A DNA stretch of 64,000 bases from Octopus vulgaris (Eukaryota): assembly GCA_951406725.2 (NCBI GenBank), contig OX597822.1, positions 116,436,001 to 116,500,000 on the forward strand, given 5' to 3'. Positions 40,606 through 52,463 of this stretch are shown here, in pieces. The notes below the pieces were generated by a model. It did not search any database. It was given only the letters and a program-made list of their open reading frames with translations, and was not told where the DNA came from. Position 1 is the first letter of the stretch; every line of letters begins with the position of its first letter. A program made the position numbers and the translations under genes.

Positions 40606-41252
40606 GAAGGCACATGGCCTAGTGGTTAGAGCAGTGGACTCGCGGTTGAGGGATCGCGGGTTCGAATCTCAGACTGGGCGATGTGTGTGTTTATGAGCAA
40701 AACACCTAAGCTCCACACGGCTCTGGTAGAAGATAATGGGGAACTTCTGCTGACTCTTTCGCCACAACTTTCTCTCACTCTTTTCTTCTGCATCAAGCAG
40801 CTCACCTGTGACAGACTGGCGTCCCGTTCAGGTGGGGAACCTATACGCCAAGGAAACTGGAAAACATAGGATTTAAATGTGAGCTAAATAACTTTCATAC
40901 TCTGCTAGCACAATAATCAGATGAGCCTGTGTAGTGTCCTGGGTACTGTCCTGGGTACTGTCCTGGGTACTGTCCTGCAATGTTTTAGATTTAAAAAAAC
41001 TTAAAACAACGATCTGATGGAAAGAAGGTTGTGTGTTGTCTTTTTATGACAAAAACCTACTTTTGAAACATGTGTTAATCTGCTTAAAAGAATTATTAGT
41101 CATGAGCTGGTCAAGGCGGTGAGCTTGGCAGAATCGTTAGCACACTGGGCAAAATGCTTAGCAGGATTTCGTCTGCCGTTACGTTCTAAGTTCAAATTCC
41201 GCCAAGGTCGATTTTGCCTTTCATCCTTTCATCCTTCAAGAAGGAACAAACA
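40606..41252 (+). mobile_element. SINE family D interrupted by a duplicated genomic segment
   Basis: tRNA-like head GGCCTAGTGGTTAGAGCAGTGGACTCGCGG..GGGTTCGAATCTC; body to 40862; tail AGAAGGAACAAAC resumes at about 41239. Confidence 0.8.
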
Positions 41253-41909
41253 CTTTTTTTAATGAGAATTGGTTATTAACTTGTAACATGTAAAGATGAA
41301 CAAATGCTAATCACCAAGTATATATCTATATGGATCTTATATCTATATGTTGATAAGAATGTTTCCATCAATTCAAGTTAGGTTTGAAAGTTAGTGTTTA
41401 ATAAATATAATGGGAGATGAATGTTATTCAAGTCAACAAGACATCAATGACACTGTGCTGAAATCAGCTTATTTATTCATGTCATAATCAAAAAATTGCA
41501 TCTTTAAGAGGAGATGGAAATTAGAGGCAGCAAATATTTAATCTTTTATCTTTTACTTGTTTCAGGCATTAAACTGCTGCCATGCTGGGGCACTGCCTTG
41601 AAGAAGCTTAGCCAAACGAATTGATCCTAATACTAATTTTTTTTTCCCCTTGAGTCTGGTACTTATTCTATCAGTCTCTTTTGCTGAGCCACTAAGTTAT
41701 GGGGACATAAGCACACCGACATTAGTTGTCAAGTGGTAGTGAGTGACACATACAGACACAAAGACACACATATAGACACACACACATACACATACACACA
41801 AAACCGATCACACATATACATGGTGTGCATGTTTTAGTTGGTGGGGTGGCTGCATTTTTCTATATACTTCAAGCTACTTCTAATTCATATTTGAATATAC
41901 GAGTTTCTT

Positions 41910-44900
41910 TCAGTTTCTTTCTACAGCATTGAACAGCATTGACAACTTTAGACCCATAACTCTGCTGAATGTAAAGTTCAAAATTTTGGCCAAGGCGTCA
42001 GCTACAAGGTTAGCACTTGTCATTGGAGATCTTGTAGAGGAGGCACAGCCATGTGCCATCTGGAAAAGATCTATCCACAACAAACTCCACCTTATGCAAT
42101 ACATCATAAAGAAAGTGGCTGAAGAACCTGGCCTGAGTGGGGCCCTAATCAATTTAGATCAGTCTAAAGCTTTTGATAGGGTCGTCTATACCTGGTGATG
42201 GTCCTCACGGCAGCTGGTTTTGGGCCTGTACTCAGAAGCTAGTGCGCTGCAATGCACAGCGACATTTGTTCAGTGATCAGAGTGAACAGTCATCTCATAG
42301 AGTCATACAACATGATATTCTTGGTCTGGTAAGATTGTCCCCTATCATCTCTCTTGTACGTACTGACACTTAAGCCACTACTACACAAACTGGAGGCATT
42401 GAGAGGCACCCTGCATGACCTAGGTCATGGGAGATGCATGTCAGCATATGCCAACAACATCACCATAGTGATTGGCACCACTCCAAGGATTTTGAGGCAG
42501 TTTCAGGAGCAACAATTAACCAGGAAGAATCAGTGGGATTGTGGCTTGGCACCTGGAGAAGCAAGTCCATGCCATCCAACTGTGTCGTTGGGTGCTGGAC
42601 AGATGGACCGGCTAAATTTCTTGGGGTTTGGTTTGATCCAAACCTCCAGATGGACAAAAACTTGGATGAGATAACAAGCAAGGTGATTACTTTCACCCAG
42701 AAATGGGCCAAGAGAAAGCTATCCCTGAAAGGTCGAACTGAAGTGGCTAATGTGTATATCATGTCCATCATCTACTATTGCTTGACCATCATGCATTGTC
42801 CTGGTCAACATCTGATTACGCTGGAGCATATACTCTTCTGCTTCTTGTGGAAGGGACATGTCCCAATGGTGAGGCAGTCTATCCCCACTGTGTGGTGGTC
42901 TGGGCAAGCCATGGTTGATGATGTGCAGACATGAGCTGAGGCTATGGAACCTCTACTACTTCCTTGATGGTGAACATGTGTGGTTACCGTTTACCAGTCA
43001 TGTATTTCTGCAGCTAGTTTCTTTGATAGAGCTGTAGTCCTGGGTAAAACAGAGATCATGGGGGAGTATTTAGAAAGTGGAATATCTTCAAGTGCTCCCA
43101 GCCCTCAGCCAATCAGACAGTGTGATCGGTGGAACGTCCACATTAGCTTTTTATAGAGTATTAGCAGAGGTACCTGGCATTGCCTGAGAATGAAATTATT
43201 CCTTATATATTGGAAGAAAAAAGCAAAATATGTTGTATAGTGATTTATTATTCTAAATTCAATTCATTCTTCAATTGGGATACAATTTATTCATCAAATG
43301 GGAAATCAATTCTGAATTCATAATACAAAAATAATAATCATAATAATAAAAAAGGAAAAGTTTTATCATATGCACAGCGTTGTTCTGGAAGAAGTTTAGG
43401 TTCATGTTCATTCACAAATGCAGTCAAACCTGTGATAATTTGTCTCTCTTGTTATGTCGCTTGAAGTTAAATCACTAATTTGACTGTTTGTTTTTGGCAA
43501 TCTAGAGCCAGACTCTTGCAAATCTTTGCCTCCCATGGCCAAAACTTGATCCTCAATTTCAGTCAGTGTTTGATTAGAAATTGTTTCAGAAAACTGAATG
43601 TTGATATCTGGGTTCGCCTGTTGAACTGCATACTTTACGTCCTCGGCAATATCCTCACAATGTTTCATCCAAAGCTGTAAGGGACTACCAAGTTGACAGT
43701 ATGTTCAGCATAATTGCAAAATGGTTATAGAGTTTTCTTGGAGAATCTGATACAAATGCTTCAGTCAATGCAAGGTCCCAATGTTCACCATTTTGTAAAA
43801 AAAAAAAAAAACTTGTCGATAGCATGGTTTCCTATAAATTTCACACACATGACCATTTACCCTCCTCGAATCTTGGAATGATTTGGGACCACATACTTCA
43901 TGCACAAAGAGCTATAAGTCACAGCATTCTGCTTGTCTTGTGGTGAGGGGAGGACACTGTAAACTCTTGCAAACAATGAATGAAATAAACATGAAATGAA
44001 AAAAACCGTATAAATAAAAGCTCGTTTTGCAAATGGCGAATTAAAACTTGAAATGAAAACATTAGAAGAGAGAGTGAGAGAGTTTGTGAATGAAAACAGA
44101 AAATGTTGCCATTGCTACATCAATACTGGAAGTTGACATTGAGAAACCTTTTTAAAGCAGTGAATCATATATATATATATATGTGTGTAAAGCAATATTA
44201 TCTATTTTTAATAAAAAGAAAAAAAAAGAACTGAAGACCCTGTCATGTATCCGAGGTCAAATTGTTCATGCATTCCCAGTATGGAAGCAATTCGCACAGC
44301 TGTTTTCACATTAAAAGCAAATGCGCACACACACACACACACACACACACTTTAGTGGAAAAGTGCAACAACATTCTTGAGGATACTTTAGGCGTCAAAA
44401 AAGATCAGCCAGTTGCTCTTTTCTGGAGAACTTTCAGGCCGGAACTGATGGATAACTTAAAACAGTCTCTGGCCCGGCAGCGCTACCGGAGAGCTTTACT
44501 TGTTTGAGAGAAACTTTACAGACATAGAAATGCCATCGGCTGAACATGTCCGAGATGCACACAGGACGATCAGATGGTCCTGCATGCACTCATCCAGTGT
44601 CCGAGCATTGCTGACCTGTGGGTTTATATCGAACACCTGCTGTCACATATGGGACGGATCTGGCTGTCAACTGAATCCATCATGAAGATTGACCCACCGC
44701 CTTCCTTTAACTGGGAAGGAAAGGCTGTTTTTATATGCCTGGTGGCCATGACGAATGAGGTTGTATGGTGGACGAGATTGAAGGGGATGAAGACAAACAC
44801 TTTTCTCTTTGGCCAGTCCCTGATGAACTTCTTCAGGTTTCACTTGAAAAGAAAAATAAGGGTAGAAGGGGAAGTGTTGTCTTTTAGCCAGTTTGCTGAA

Positions 44901-45235
44901 AGGTGGATGAAAGTGGCAAGAATGGTGCGAATGAATGGGCCTGCTCTGAGCATATACTTGTAGTTGGAAAAAAGCACAGAATAAAAGCACCTGCCCCCCC
45001 CCCCCAAATCAGGGTACCCATGGTTTTTTTATGGGGTTTTTCCATGAGCAACCCTTGAACGTCTCTTCCCTATTTAGGATCACACATTGTTGATTTTTAA
45101 AATGTTGTTAGTCTTGTTTACACACAAAACCCTCACAACAACACACTCACACACGTACATATGCACATTCTCAGTTTTGTCCTGTGCTATCCATAATGCT
45201 TTTCTTAATGTAAACCTTTGTGGTTAATAAAGAAA
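41910..45235 (+). mobile_element. Decayed Tx1 (L1-clade) LINE, 5' truncated, interrupted by a Helitron
   Basis: NFRPITLLNVKFKILAK, LINLDQSKAFDRV, SAYANNIT, KFLGVWF, WAKRKLSLKGR; CCHC CPRCTQDDQMVLHALIQC at about 44545-44600; AATAAA near 45225. Confidence 0.88.
43161..44350 (-). mobile_element. Helitron fragment (RepHel linker region and 3' end)
   Basis: Minus strand VNGHVCEIYRKPC, GEHWDLALTEAFVSDSPRKL, LQLWMKH, NQTLTEIEDQVLAMGGKDL; 3' terminus CTCAGGCAATGCCAGGTACCTCTGCTAA resembles hairpin+CTAG. Confidence 0.8.
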
Positions 45236-45278
45236 TCATCATCATCATCATCATCATCATTATTACTATTATTATTAC

Positions 45279-45329
<51 letters not shown>

Positions 45330-46288
45330 AAGCACTTATGCCAGTGACACGTAGAAGCACACGTGCCAGTGACACGTGGAAGGCACCCACTACACTCTTG
45401 GAGTGGTTGGTGTTAGGAAGGGCATCCAGCCATAGAAACCATTGCCAAATCAGACTGGAACCTGGTGCAGCTCTCTGGCTTACCAGTTCCAATCAAACTG
45501 TCTAACCCATGCCAGCATGGGAAGTGGACACTAAATGATGATGATGATGATGATAATGATTAGTTCATCTGTTGTTGTTGATGATGACATAACTTGGGAG
45601 CAGAAGACGAGGCACAGTGTGCCGTGCCTTCTTCTCCCATGATGCTTGCTCAGAAGGCTTTGCTGCAGATCGGGAAATGTTGGTCTTTTGGCTCAGAAAG
45701 CAAAGAATTGGCTCCGGACTTGCAGGGTTCGTGTTTTCTTTGTTCCCCTGCAATCCTGTTCTGTTCTTAATAGGTGGCACCTCTGTTGATGCAGCTTTGA
45801 CAGGCAGGGTGGTCTCGCTCTTGTGTTTCCCAGGTGTATAACCTTATACAACCCTTCTTACTCGGTGAACTCTCTCCATTAAATTGATCTTTCAACTTCC
45901 TTTTTAATCTTAACTTCTTTACTCTGAGATGAAAGAATAAAATAGCAAACTACATCTGCTACAATCTTTGTGGCAAATAAACTTTACATATTTTACCAAA
46001 TTCAACTGATTTTTTTTCTGAAGCAGACTATCACTAGTTTTTATTTTATTTCAATATTGTATTATTGGAGTGATATTATTATATTACCAAATTTAGAATT
46101 TTTTATACAGAACCTGTGCTTAAAAATTTGGAAGTTTAACGAACCAGTTCTTAAAATGTTGGCAGCCAGGTGAACAGATTGTTACAATTTTGGCAGCCCA
46201 CCATTGGTTGTATGTGTATGTGTGTGCATGTGTGTGTGTGTGTGTGTGTTTGTTTGTATGTGTGTGTGTGCACACATTTACATACATG

Positions 46289-46357
<69 letters not shown>

Positions 46358-46639
46358 ATTGATAGATAGATGTAATTACACATAATAAAAGTCTGTTGGT
46401 TTTAACATGTATCTACTCTCAAATGAAAAATACTCAATGCACAATGTAAGTAGAGTCAAATGTCTTTTTATTTTATAAAATCAGCAGTGCTGTGCTCTTT
46501 GGAATGCTGAGTTTGAATGAAACAAAGAGGAAATATACATACATGCAAATATATATACTGATTTCGATATCAGTGGCAGACGTCACTAGAAAAACTCTTA
46601 TATATTTTGCAAACAGGCCTTGTCTTTCATCGTGACCTG

Positions 46640-46699
46640 GTGATTACCGCCCGTTGATAAGAGACAATAATCTCGAAACCGCGGTCCGGTCCGTATCAC
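46640..46699 (+). ncRNA. Minimal type-I hammerhead ribozyme, U3:A8 core variant
   Basis: CCG-TTGATAA-GAGA caataa TCTC-GAAA-CCGCGG-TC-CGG; stem I extends (GTGATTAC../..GTATCAC); palindromic stem III; GUC site. Confidence 0.75.
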
Positions 46700-47300
46700 T
46701 CAGGCTTACGAGAAAGGGATGGCCTCCCTTTGCAAATACCTTAAGTGCACAGAAAGTGTGTCTAAAGCCAGCTGGAGACAATGATCTCCTGGGGCTAAAA
46801 AGCTACAGAAACGCCCCCCTTTGTGGTTAGCCATATTGAGATGGCTTTTATACTTTATATATATATATATAAAATATAATTTGATTTTGTATTATGAACT
46901 ATATTTGGTTCACTGGATAACAATGAATTTTATACAAAAATATTATGGATTGCTACAGAAGAATTACCAAGACAAAAGTGTCATGGATTGCAACAAAAGA
47001 ATTATCAAGAAGACACATATGAATTTCAAGAGTCTTATACTAAAGTATATAGAATTTTCACATTTCTAAACTAACTATTCATATTTGGAATACAAGATAA
47101 TATAACGGATTTTACATATGAATATTATGGATTATTGCAGAAGAATAACCACGGAAGTATATATGGATTTAAAGACTCTTATCAAAAGTAGTAATTTTTA
47201 ATTTTTATTTTACATTTCAAACAAACACCATTTTACAATTTTACTTCAAATTTAAAAAAAAACTATCATTCGATATATTATACAATATACATATTTTATA

Positions 47301-47388
47301 TCTCTGAAGAGCAGAAGGGTTGTCTATAAATGCTTATCAATATAGGATTTCATTATAGGGACAACTCTTCTGCGAAACGATCGTAAGA
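47301..47388 (+). ncRNA. Type-I hammerhead ribozyme with long stem II
   Basis: TCT-CTGAAGA-GCAGAAGGGTTGTC...GACAACTCTTCTGC-GAAA-CGATCG-TA-AGA; canonical core, 14-bp stem II, palindromic stem III, GUA site. Confidence 0.85.
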
Positions 47389-47459
47389 CACTTAAATAAT
47401 TAACTCAAAACTTTTAAACTATCAAATTTATTTTATACATTATATCCATAATTTTTTTA

Positions 47460-47752
47460 GCGTAATCATTACCAAAGTCGCCTTACTGGCACCTGTGCTG
47501 GTGGCATGTGCAAAAGGATTTGAGCGAGGTCGTTGCCAGTACCACCTGACTGGCCCCCATGCCGGTGGCACGTAAAAAGCACCAACTACACTCTCGGAGT
47601 GGTTGGCGTTAGGAAGGGCATCCAGCTGCAGAAACTTTGCCACATCAAGATTGGAGCCTGGTGCAACCATCTGGTTCGCCAGCCCTCAGTCAAAATCGTC
47701 CAACCCATGCTAGCATAGAAAGCGGACGTTAAACGATGATGATGATGATGAT
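47460..47752 (+). mobile_element. RTE LINE 3' fragment (family A)
   Basis: Two tandem units, the conserved block and (GAT)n. Confidence 0.85.
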
Positions 47753-48189
47753 TTATTTATTTATATATATTTTTGATACAATAAGTTCTTTTACATGGGT
47801 ATATCTTTAGGAAGAGTTTGGATATTAATTTCCTTATATTAATAATAATGATATATTATTAAAAATATATGTATATATATTTATGAATGTATATATATGT
47901 ATATATATAAGTGTATATATATATATGTATATATATGTATATATGTATACGTATATATATATATGTATATATGTATGTATATATATGTATTTGTGTATAT
48001 ATATTTATTTATGAATATATATGTATATATGCATATGTATATATATATATATGTATGTATATATACATATATATGTATGTATTTCATGTAATACTACTCT
48101 TAAAATATTTTAGTTCTACCATCTCCTTTTTTCTTTAAAAGGAAGTTGTCTTGTCACTGGACTTGATTTAGTCTTGTGTAATGATACGA

Positions 48190-48575
48190 TGGTGGTGGTG
48201 GTGGTGGTGGTGGTGGTGGTGGTGGTGGTGGTGGTGGTGGTGGAAGGTGGTGGTGGTGGTGGTGGTGATTCTTGCTTTTTCTTTTTCTTTTTTTGATCCT
48301 GTGTGGTTGTGGTGGGAATTGGTGACCATGGCTATGTGTCGGGTTACAGTATTTGGTGTGAAGTGTTGGTGGTGATCCTTTGCAGCGATAATGTGTGGTA
48401 GTAGTAATAGTTGTGTGAGACAGTATATGCTGCAGTAGTGGTGGTGGTGGTGGTGGCGTGTTGTGATGGTGACAATGTTTGTTGAAAGTGATAGCGTGAC
48501 TGTGGCGGTGGTGATGGTGGAGGAAGTAATGATTGTGTGAGAGTGGTGGTGGTGGTGGTGGTGGTGGTGGTGGTG
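48190..48575. repeat. (GGT)n-rich tract
   Basis: Direct inspection. Confidence 0.9.
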
Positions 48576-48788
48576 TTGATAGGGTATGTGTGTGTGTGTG
48601 TGAGATATGATGATATATTATGGTGTAGCTGACGATGTTGTGGTTGAGCTGTGGACAATATGATATGGTAGGTGGATGAGGGTCTGAGGTAGGGTGAGGT
48701 CATGGGACAGAGGGGTGGGACATGGGGACGGGGGGTGAGGGACACGGTTGGGATCGAGGAACAGGCAGCCGCTACTCTGACAGACAGA

Positions 48789-48840
<52 letters not shown>

Positions 48841-48842
<2 letters not shown>

Positions 48843-48968
48843 TATTTTATAGAAGGAGCTTCTACAGGACTAGAACTGTTTCATTCAAATGAAATCATCA
48901 GGAAGCTCTGATGATTTCTTTTGAATGAAACAGTTCTAGTCCTGTAGAAGCTCCTTCTATAAGATAAA
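48841..48968. ncRNA. Palindrome of two opposed hammerhead ribozymes (complete copy on minus strand 48856-48908; plus-strand copy 48908-48953)
   Basis: 61-bp arms with 2 mismatches and a 6-bp centre. Minus strand GAGCTTC-CTGATGA-TTTC attt GAAT-GAAA-CAG ttctagtc CTG-TA-GAAGCTC. Confidence 0.85.
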
Positions 48969-49034
48969 TTAATTTACTCTGCTATGTATTGAGTACCTTA
49001 TTTACTGTGGTTAACCCCGACTCAACCCGGGACC

Positions 49035-49070
<36 letters not shown>

Positions 49071-49103
49071 TATATATGTGTGTGTGTATATATATATATA
49101 AAT

Positions 49104-51575
49104 GTTAGTTAGTTAGTTAGTTAGTTAATTTGGCTCAAAATCAAATAGCAAGGCTATGTAGGGGGACATGGAGTTAAGTACAGGGTGGTGTTCATGTAAA
49201 GAGTTCAGGCCACTTGAGGTCCAGGGAGGCTTTAAACAAAGCGGTCGTCGGCATCTTCACCATCTCGTCTGGCAGCTTGTTCCACGGATCCGCAACCCGG
49301 ACGGAGAAAGCTCCTCTCCTTCGATTGAGATGAAATCGTCGCAGGTAGAGCTTTTCGGAATGACCCCACAGCCGACGCTCCGGAGCAGGAGTGAAGAACA
49401 GCTCTTTCGAGAGGTTACACTTCCCGCTTATGATGTTGTGGGCGAGAATGAGATCACCACGGCGGCGGCGTTTTTCTAGAGAATAAAGGTCGAGCGTCCT
49501 CAGCCTTTCTTCGTAGGACAAATTTTTGAGACCATGAACCATGTGGGTAGCCAGCCTCTGGACTCTTTCGAGGTGCTGTATGTCTTTGAGGAGATAAGGA
49601 GAAGAGGCTTGAATCCCATACTCCAATATGGATCTCACCAGCGTGACATAGAGTGGCAGGAATATGGCTGCTGTGAGCATTCTGAATGACCGTCGAATCA
49701 AAAACAGAATTCCGCGCGCTTTGTTGGCAGCATGGACGCACTGGGCCGAAGGCGAAAAGGAGGAATCCACCAAGATACCCAGGTCCTTTATCTGATCGGT
49801 CCTCTCCAGCAGCAGACGACCCGGCTCGAAATCAAGTTGAGTTGCAGGAGTAGAGCCGACAGGCAGATGACAGCACTTTGACACGTTCAGACACAGGTCC
49901 CAATCGTTAGACCACTTCCAAATTTGGTGGAGGCATCGACGAAGATCCTCTATACTACCGCGAGGAGCGACCAGTTTGATATCGTCGGCAAATAGAAGGG
50001 TGTGTTGCGTGAGGTCGTCGGGCAAGTCATTTATGAAGACTAAGAACAACAAGGGCCCAAGCACTGAACCTTGAGGCACGCCACTGCTCGCACTGGAGAC
50101 GTCGGACCGCAAACCATTAACTTGAACTTGGAAGGAGCGATCTGAGAGGAAGGCACCAACCCATCGTACAATATCCGGATGGAAACTATATGCTTGAAGC
50201 TTGACAAGTAGTAGGCGGTGGTTTACCGAGTCAAAAGCTTTGGCAAAGTCCAATAAAACGATGTCAACAGCATCACTATCATCGAGGATGCGCGTCACCA
50301 ATTCTTCCATTGCTAGTAAGTTGGTCAAGCATGATCTCTTCGGCACGAAGCTGTGTTGGGAATCAGTGATCGAGGCTGTGTTTAGGAGGTGGAGCATCAT
50401 ACTTTTCTTAAGGATGGTTTCGAACATCTTGCTGATTATTGATGTAAGGGAAACCTTTGAAAATTGGGCAGATTATCGCTGTTCTCCAGTCTGCAGGTAT
50501 AACACCCGTCGCCAATGACATATTGAATAGTCGTGTTAAGGGCTCGCAGATGACCGGAGCCAACGCTTTGATAACCCGTGGGTGTATGCCGTCAGGGCCG
50601 TGACCCTTGTTGACATCGAGGCCTTGAATAACACGTTTGACTTGGTCCCGCGTGATGATCAATCGAAGCATTGGAGGTACCGATCTATCAAATGGAGGGG
50701 GTTCACGACCATCATCTTGTTTGAAAATAGTTGAAAAAGCCTCGGCAAATAATTGACTCTGTTGATAAGGGTCCTCAATCGATACGCCTGTTGAGTCTAC
50801 CAACGTTGCAATCTGGTTGTTCAAGCGGGAATTCCGCTGGACATGGGCAAAGAAGGTTTTTGGATTGCTACTGGCATTTGCCGCGATTTTGTATTCATAA
50901 CTGAAGCGTTCTTTCTTTTCAATTTTCACGGCCTTGTCTCGTTGAGTTTTGTACACCTCAAAAGCTGCAGTCGAATCCAGATTTTTGAATTCAGCCCAAG
51001 CAATATCTCTGAGTCGACGTTCTCGTTTAACCTTCTTCGTCACCCAGGGCTTGTGTTTCTTCCTCTTGGGAAGTCCAACGGGAACTGCCTGGTCAGTCAA
51101 ACAGATTACATATGCTTTGAGGGATGACCATAGTTCGTCAACTGAGGACAACGTCATCAGGGAACGCCAGTCCAGAAGCGCGGAAGCCTCGGTTAGAATT
51201 TCAAGGTTAATTGCAGAGAAGACTCTACGTGGCAGCGAAGTAATCGTGGGCGTGGAAAAAGTTTTGTGCATGACGAACTTCAGGACCGCATGATCACTCT
51301 TGGCAAGAGGGGCGCACACAGATACGTCTGACACTGATCTTGGATAGCGGGAGAATACCAGATCTAGCATAGATGGCTGCTGCCCAGACCGATGCCTTGT
51401 CGGATATTCAACATGTTGCGAGAGAAAACAATCTTCAGCCACGTCAAGAAGGGCCTGGCTGAACCGGGAAGATGTTGTACAAATTGATGCGGGCCAATCG
51501 ATCGTGGGAGCGTTGAAGTCGCCTAGTACCAAGCAGTCATGCGAAGCTGAAACGAATCTTATCACCTCGAGTAGA
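49104..51575 (-). mobile_element. Young 5'-truncated CR1-clade LINE (APE C-terminus, RT)
   Basis: LVLGDFNAP, MLDLVF, KSDH, GPDGIHP, LDFAKAFDSV, GVPQGSVLGP, LFADDIKL, FSVRVADPWNKLP; (CTAA)n tail. Confidence 0.95.
49192..50427 (-). pseudogene. Reverse transcriptase domain of CR1 ORF2 (411 aa open, detached from the upstream part by a frameshifting deletion)
   Basis: All RT motifs are present. The upstream frame stays open to about 51570, but the KG...NYRP segment is deleted at about 50455. Confidence 0.9.
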
Positions 51576-51599
51576 TGTGTGTATATGTGTGTGTGTGTG

Positions 51600-52145
51600 T
51601 GATAATCAACATCATTTATCGTCCGTTTTCCATGCTGGCATGGGTTGGACAGTTTGACTGGGCACTGGCAAGCCAGTAGGCTGTGCCAGGCTCCAGTCTG
51701 ATCTGGCAAGGTTTCTACAGTCAGATGCCCTTCCTAGTGCCAACCACTCTGAAAGTGTTGTGGCTGCTTTTTACATGCCACTGGCACAGGGCCACAATTA
51801 CTGTTTCCATTTTGATTCCAATCTTGATTTGCTTTTGATGTTTGATTTTTGATTTTTGATTTTAATTTTACTTGACTCAGTAGGTCATCCCAAGTACAAC
51901 GTATTGCCCAACGATTCAAAGGTACTTTCTAAATGGGGTGGTTATGCGACACTGGTATAGGCTATGGCTGTGACCTCACTTTACTTGCCAGGTCATCTTA
52001 ATCACAACATATCTCCAAAGGTCCACACCCGAAATTTCTTCTCTGGGTTTGGGAGTGATTCAGCTATGAGAGCAAGGTCATCAGCATAGAGGAGCTCCCA
52101 GGGGCAGCCCGTTATGAATTGCTCTGTTATTATTGCCTGGAGGAC
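51600..52145 (-). mobile_element. RTE LINE fragment (family A) including an RT motif
   Basis: GCPWELLYADDLALIAESL...KKFRVW joined by a deletion to the family A 3' UTR. Confidence 0.88.
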
Positions 52146-52208
52146 TATATATACATAAAAGACGAAGACAGGTGGTGTACAAAACAAACAGATGTATTAG
52201 TATAAAGT

Positions 52209-52244
52209 CTTTTACGTTTCAAGCCTACACTCTTCCGCAGAAAG
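52209..52244 (-). ncRNA. Hammerhead-like motif in a TA-flanked Penelope-like terminal fragment (52147-52305)
   Basis: CTTT-CTGCGGA-A-GAGT gtag GCTT-GAAA-CG-TA-AAAG; A6 is substituted. Confidence 0.5.
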
Positions 52245-52377
52245 GAACACAGAAAGAAACAAGGAGAGAAAAAAATGTGTGTAGTGGCTAACAATCTATC
52301 ATGCATACATATATATATATGTGTGTGTGTATATATATATATAAATATATATATATATATGTGTGTGTGTATGTGTG

Positions 52378-52463
<86 letters not shown>

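Noticed and set aside
40606-40680. Possible tRNA-Arg(TCG) gene; similar heads at 19938, 54313 and 1769
   Set aside because: No intact cloverleaf acceptor stem, and the sequence continues into a repeated SINE body.
50408-51709. 433-aa ORF as an intact gene with Met at 51709
   Set aside because: The first 45 or so residues are read-through from an adjacent RTE fragment and (CA)n; the CR1 is 5' truncated and frameshifted.
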